Source of the DNA: Gemmatimonadota bacterium
GTDB lineage: Bacteria > 4572-55 > J002
DNA: 64,000 bases
Direction: 5' to 3'
Assembly (NCBI GenBank): GCA_003697105.1
Contig: RFFQ01000113.1
Coordinates: 1-64,000 of the forward strand
A program made the position numbers and the translations under genes. The notes under the pieces were generated by a model. The model was given only the letters and a program-made list of their open reading frames with translations, did no database searches and had not been told where the DNA came from. This document shows, piece by piece, positions 60,143-64,000 of this stretch (its first letter is position 1; every line of letters begins with the position of its first letter).

Positions 60143-63100
60143 ATGGATATATCAAAGCAGATCGAACAGTGGCAACACCAGCCGGGGATAGAAACGGCAG
60201 TTGGCTTATTGGAAGCAATGGAAACAACGCCGGTGCAAGTTGAACTTGCTCCCAGTTGCCTTCGGCTTACCGGTAAAAGTGATTTTTTACGAAACCTGCC
60301 GCAATATGAGTTACGGTTGCGTTGGGCACAAACGGCTTTACGCTGGATTCGAGAAACTCCGTTTAAATTGGTCGATTTATTCACAATGCGGGTAAAAGAA
60401 TACCCAAACCGGGTATTGTTTCAGGAGATGCGCGGTACGATGCCGCACTACTGGACGTATCGCCAAGTTGATCGGATGGTGAAGGAGATTGCCACAGCGT
60501 TCTATACGGTTGTACCGGCGTCTCCGCGGGTCGCGATTTTTGCGGAAAACTGTCTTGGTGGGGCATGTGCAGACCTCGCCTGCCTGTTTTATGATATTTT
60601 AGATACACCGCTCAATATTCATTTTGATGATGAGACCTTGCTCGATATTTTGGATCGGTTGCAGATTAACATTGTGGTGACCGATACAGAGAGCCGTTGC
60701 CGCCGCTTGGAGAATCTCCGGCGAAAGACTGCCCGTCCTTTTGTAGTATTCGTTGTTCAACGGCAGATCAAGCTTCATGAAAATGATACCTATTTTTTGG
60801 ACGAATATTGTAAGCATTTAAGCCAGGAGCAGATCGACACCCAGCTGGCAAACCGTCCCCGCCGGGATTTGCGCGATGTTGCGACCGTGATGTTCACTTC
60901 GGGAAGTACCGGTAAACCCAAAGGGATTGCCTTTTCGGAGTACCACTTGGTCAGCAAACGTTTTTGTCGTGCCGCGGCTTTGCCCAAAGTGGGGGATAAC
61001 GAGGTGTTACTCTGCTATTTACCGCTTTTCCATACGTTTGGGCGATATTTGGAAATGCTGGGCACGATCTATTGGGGGGGTACGTATGTTTTTACCACGA
61101 ATACTTCTGCTGAGAATCTGCTCTCCTTGTTCCCGCAGGTCAACCCAACCGGGTTTATCAGTGTGCCGATCCGGTGGGTCCAGTTATACGAAAAATGTTT
61201 GAAAAAGATAAAACATGAAACCGATTTGCAGGCGGTACAACTAGCCGTTCGTTCCGTGATCGGACACCGGTTGCGGTGGGGGCTTTCCGCCGCGGGGTAT
61301 CTTGACCCCAAAATCTTCCGTTTTTTCCAGCGGAATGGCGTGGATTTATGTAGCGGGTTTGGTATGACGGAAGCCACCGGCGGCATTACCATGACACCGC
61401 CCGGTAATTATGTGGAAAATGCCGTGGGGATTGCCTTACCGGGTATCGATATCCGGTTAACGGATAACGGCGAAATGCAGATCAGTGGGCATTACATCGC
61501 CCGGTATTTAGATGATTTGCCGAGTGCCAGTGCCGCGATCCCCTATCCAGAGGAGGAGGTGTACTGGCTCTCGACCGGTGATCTGTTTCAAGTGACCCCC
61601 GAAGGTTTTTACCAGATTATTGACCGCACAAAAGATATTTACAAAAATAACAAAGGGCAAACGGTCGCTCCGGTCAAAATGGAGAAAAAATTTACCGGAG
61701 TCCCGGGAATTAAACGGACCTTTTTAGTCGGGGATGGCAAACCGTACAATGTCCTCTTCATTGTACCGGACGAAACAAGCGACTTCATGCAGAAATTTCG
61801 CACGGAAGAGAGCCGCCGAGAGTATTTTCAACAATTGATTACCACCGCGAATCAAAAATTGGCGCCGTATGAACGGGTAATCAATTTTGCCATTTTAGAC
61901 CGGGATTTTGATCTCAAACGGGGGGAACTGACCCCCAAAGGTTCGTTCAATCGCAAAATCATCGTGGCGCATTTTAGCCACTTAATCGATGAACTTTATC
62001 AGCGTGAATATGTAGAATTGGCGTGCGATGAGGTCTGTGTGCGGATTCCACGCTGGTTTTTCCGGGATCAAGGTATGTTAGAAGGGAGTATCTCCATCTC
62101 TCGCATGGGGTTGCACAATTTGACGACCGGTAAAATGTTACCTTTAAAACGGGTGGCGGAGTCGGGTACAACTCTTATTGGGGATTTAGAATATACGGTC
62201 ACGAATGGCGTCATTGACTTAGGGCTATTTTCCCGCCAACCCCGCCTCTGGGTCGGAAATCCGGCACTGATCGCATTTTGCATCTGTAAAGAGGGCTGGG
62301 ATGTACCGCTGGATGGGGTTTCGGCGCACCTTTTTCGTCCGTGGGAGATTGCCCGGCAATATGACCCAACGGAGTTACCAGTACCGCAAAAAGTGCGGGA
62401 TGCCGAGTTGCTTCGCATCAATCGGCTGGTCTGTACGGCAATTTTGGGTCCTACGGAACTGGCGTATTCAGCGTTGGAAGAACTTAGTACGGCGTTAACA
62501 GAGGTTGATAGCCGTTTAGGTGATGTCATCCGCCGCCGGTTGGAAACCTTAGCCCGCCACCCAGACGAAGATATCCGCTGTTTCGCGTATCAAATTTTGT
62601 TACTCGATGAGCCGGTCTCCAATTACAACCTAGCTTTTCCGGCATTTATGCAATCTGGCTTATCTTTTCTCAATAAAAAATCGATAGAAAATATTGCCTT
62701 TGGTAAGATGGAAAAAAAGCGGCTGGAAGCGCTTCGCCAGCGGCTGTTTAGTTACCGGATGCAACTAAATTGGCCCCTCAATGAGAGCATGCGCCAACAG
62801 TTTGAGCGCATCTTCCAACTGCTGGTCAGTTTTGTGGACCAACATCCGGAATTTTACCATCCCTTGCGGGCAGAACTGGCAAGTTGGGTTCTCCACCGCA
62901 ACGACCGGGCTTTGGCTGAGATTGCAGAACGGTATTTTAATGAATTGTATCAGGTTTATCAGAGCAAGTTTGAGGGCGACCTCGATACTTACCAGCAGGC
63001 AGATTGGGACGAAAAAATTGTATTTGATGATGGTTTGGTGGCGGATGAAATTCAGCGCATAAAAGCCGTTTTCCGGGCGGCGCCGTTCCTCAAACATTCC

Positions 63101-64000
63101 GTGATGCTCGCATTTGATGAACGCCAATTTCATCTGGCAGATGTCCCGCCGGGTGGAATTTGGGTCTCGCGGGTAGAATCGGGACATTATCGTGACCAAT
63201 ACCGGGTCTGTATTAATACCATCCATGACGCCCATTTTGATCTACAACTCGTACTCAGCGACGACCTCGATCAAGCGATGACCAAAGAATCCGTTTACTG
63301 GCATGTGGCGATCAGCGGGTATCCTTACGGGCAATCGGTGTTACCGCGAATGGGGTGTTTTGATACCGGAAGTGGCGCTTTGGCAACACGTTATACCGGC
63401 GAACTGAGCGTGTGGGAGAAAATCCGCGAGTTTTCCAGTGCTCGTATCCCCGGCAAGACGTTTCCGGGACTCAATGCGTGGCGAAAGTTGTTTATTCAAG
63501 CCTTAGCCGGATTTTATCGCGGCTGGCACAATAGCGGCTTTCAGATTGTGCCGGGCGTCATCTCGCCCAATAACATTGCCGTACCGGAACTCGATTTTTT
63601 GGAAAGTTCCACGATCTTGTCCATGATCGGCTGGCAAGAGTACACCAACACGCTTTCCCTCATTAAACCGATGCTGCAAAACTTCTACTTCAAGACGGTC
63701 GCTCACTATCCCTGGTGCAAAGATGATTTGCATGTGGATTGGATATTTGATGCCTGCCAAGAAGCGTTAGGACGGGAGCCGGCGCAGGAATTTTTCGCCC
63801 AACTCCAGACGGAACTCAGCGGGGAACGGCTGGTATGGCTGGATGGTACGCCATTGGGACAATGCCTAGAGCGGTATCTCAAGGATAACGAGGATTTCTA
63901 TTACCTGCCCCTTGCCGTCCGCAAAGCCATTGAGTGGTACAAAACGTGGGAAAAAACGAATGAGGCAATTCACTCCACTGCCCGGAAAGAAGTGGTGTTG
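60143..64000 (+). CDS. Large multidomain protein, 3'-truncated (at least 1286 aa): long-chain acyl-CoA synthetase-like domain plus uncharacterised and kinase-like regions
   Basis: Translated by hand with no stop to the window end; [47 protein letters not shown]. Absent from the track, presumably because it has no stop. Confidence 0.88.
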   Translation, partial: MDISKQIEQWQHQPGIETAVGLLEAMETTPVQVELAPSCLRLTGKSDFLRNLPQYELRLRWAQTALRWIRETPFKLVDLFTMRVKEYPNRVLFQEMRGTMPHYWTYRQVDRMVKEIATAFYTVVPASPRVAIFAENCLGGACADLACLFYDILDTPLNIHFDDETLLDILDRLQINIVVTDTESRCRRLENLRRKTARPFVVFVVQRQIKLHENDTYFLDEYCKHLSQEQIDTQLANRPRRDLRDVATVMFTSGSTGKPKGIAFSEYHLVSKRFCRAAALPKVGDNEVLLCYLPLFHTFGRYLEMLGTIYWGGTYVFTTNTSAENLLSLFPQVNPTGFISVPIRWVQLYEKCLKKIKHETDLQAVQLAVRSVIGHRLRWGLSAAGYLDPKIFRFFQRNGVDLCSGFGMTEATGGITMTPPGNYVENAVGIALPGIDIRLTDNGEMQISGHYIARYLDDLPSASAAIPYPEEEVYWLSTGDLFQVTPEGFYQIIDRTKDIYKNNKGQTVAPVKMEKKFTGVPGIKRTFLVGDGKPYNVLFIVPDETSDFMQKFRTEESRREYFQQLITTANQKLAPYERVINFAILDRDFDLKRGELTPKGSFNRKIIVAHFSHLIDELYQREYVELACDEVCVRIPRWFFRDQGMLEGSISISRMGLHNLTTGKMLPLKRVAESGTTLIGDLEYTVTNGVIDLGLFSRQPRLWVGNPALIAFCICKEGWDVPLDGVSAHLFRPWEIARQYDPTELPVPQKVRDAELLRINRLVCTAILGPTELAYSALEELSTALTEVDSRLGDVIRRRLETLARHPDEDIRCFAYQILLLDEPVSNYNLAFPAFMQSGLSFLNKKSIENIAFGKMEKKRLEALRQRLFSYRMQLNWPLNESMRQQFERIFQLLVSFVDQHPEFYHPLRAELASWVLHRNDRALAEIAERYFNELYQVYQSKFEGDLDTYQQADWDEKIVFDDGLVADEIQRIKAVFRAAPFLKHSVMLAFDERQFHLADVPPGGIWVSRVESGHYRDQYRVCINTIHDAHFDLQLVLSDDLDQAMTKESVYWHVAISGYPYGQSVLPRMGCFDTGSGALATRYTGELSVWEKIREFSSARIPGKTFPGLNAWRKLFIQALAGFYRGWHNSGFQIVPGVISPNNIAVPELDFLESSTILSMIGWQEYTNTLSLIKPMLQNFYFKTVAHYPWCKDDLHVDWIFDACQEALGREPAQEFFAQLQTELSGERLVWLDGTPLGQCLERYLKDNEDFYYLPLAVRKAIEWYKTWEKTNEAIHSTARKEVVL

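Noticed and set aside
60139-63760. Short track ORFs in the last 4 kb suggesting a non-coding or degraded region
   Set aside because: They are shadows of one uninterrupted plus-strand frame from 60143 to the window end.

Overview
Bacterial chromosomal window of mostly housekeeping genes. The lineage is uncertain; a FlgD/T9SS-type C-terminal domain weakly suggests an FCB-group-like organism. Contents: aceE-aceF-lpdA, amrB-amrA, msrC, acs, tldD-tldE, purH-purD, three tandem TPR histidine kinases, yitJ, lutC-mutS2, radical SAM-iscS-iscA, rlmN, an RsmB-family gene, hugZ-like, ferritin, pgi, trmL and a rhomboid/SDH/M32 protease operon. I saw no rRNA, tRNA, CRISPR array or intact mobile element; there is one decayed RAYT with GTAG REPs. 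Three main findings. (1) The first gene probably starts at 163, not 310, and has an in-frame TGA (271-273) in a W-U-T-Y-C-P thioredoxin motif followed by SECIS-like hairpins, making it a candidate secreted multidomain selenoprotein. (2) A TIGR01212/MnmL-like radical SAM is fused to an MnmC-type (MnmD) methyltransferase. (3) An ORF missing from the track (60143 to the window end, at least 1286 codons) joins a long-chain acyl-CoA synthetase domain to a degenerate kinase-like region. All calls come from motifs read by eye; no database searches were run.
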